DNA of 55,861 nt from NCBI GenBank assembly GCA_002269645.1, contig NIVC01004192.1, positions 1 through 55,861 on the forward strand, given 5' to 3'. The position numbers were made by a program, and so were the translations under genes. This stretch comes from Macrostomum lignano (Eukaryota). The notes under the pieces are model-generated. The model was given only the letters and a program-made list of their open reading frames with translations. It was not told the origin of the DNA and searched no databases. This document shows positions 55,159 to 55,861 of this stretch, in pieces; within the stretch, counting starts at the first letter, position 1; each line of letters opens with the position of its first letter.

Positions 55159-55861
55159 CGATGGGGCTGCGGAAGCCACTTAGCTCTGAGTGCTCACCAG
55201 TCAGCTACTCCGAAATACCTGCCTATTAACCTGCAATTAGGAAGCTGGCTGATGCATGCACGAACAGGCGTAACGCTTTTTTCAGCACCCGAAGTTTGTT
55301 GGAAAGTTGCTTCTCATTCTTGCCTGACCTTGTCGCCACACCGTGCAATGTCCGCCCCCCCCCCACTGGAGACTGCTCCATGCCGGGCTTACAAGTTTGT
55401 CCAACCAACTGCTCGCCATCTGATCGCACCTTTCCTGCCTTTCCTGGAAACAGTCTTGCCTTGCCATCTTGTTGCACAGTCGAGATTAGATCTTAAAGCC
55501 GCGCATTCATTTTCATTTGGTTCCATCAGGTTTGTCCAGATGGACGGTTCGATGCTCGATTTAATCGTGACGGAGTCTGAGTGAAACTTAAAAACAATTA
55601 TCCTGATTGGATCTGTAAGGATTCTGGTGGATGATTGGTAAAAAATTCTGCAGTTTTGTCCTTTTCCAAACTGTTACAACTGTTTGGGCTAATGTCCATT
55701 GCTTTACACTACATAGACAGAAAACTAAATATGCTCATTTCGAATGTAGCACAATTACTTTTGTAGCGTCAATGGATTAGGGGAAAATTACCAAACGTCA
55801 GCTTCTAAAATACTCAGAATGTATATTTGTTGAAAACGATATTGCGAGTATTATTTTGGAG

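Overview
This window is animal (invertebrate) genomic DNA with spliced genes, and most of the long ORFs in the six-frame track are artefacts of mini- and microsatellites. The minisatellite-packed introns and GC-rich exons resemble Macrostomum-type flatworm assemblies, but that is inference only. Four genes were reconstructed by hand from splice sites and phases. (1) A tankyrase-like ADP-ribosyltransferase (PARP) with an intact H-Y-E triad and a hydrophobic multi-TM C-terminus (minus, 6293-5169). (2) A 5-exon, 1118-aa single-pass membrane protein with a tiny ectodomain and a very large acidic repeat tail ending -ESDA (plus, 9669-15538). (3) An NHERF/EBP50-like PDZ scaffold (minus, 26322-17650). 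(4) An alpha7-class nicotinic acetylcholine receptor subunit (plus, 33236-55158). The receptor gene is the highlight: it has two separately duplicated exon pairs (195-nt loop C/M1 exons and 87-nt M2 pore exons), a GC-AG intron just before them, and a 23-aa two-Cys insertion, suggesting 2x2 mutually exclusive splicing of binding site and pore. Also present are an RTE-like LINE fragment, two tRNA-derived SINE families, about 30 tandem-repeat arrays, and inverted minisatellite arms around a terminal exon. Several 1-2 nt losses in short base runs within exons look like long-read assembly errors rather than true pseudogenisation. No database searches were run.
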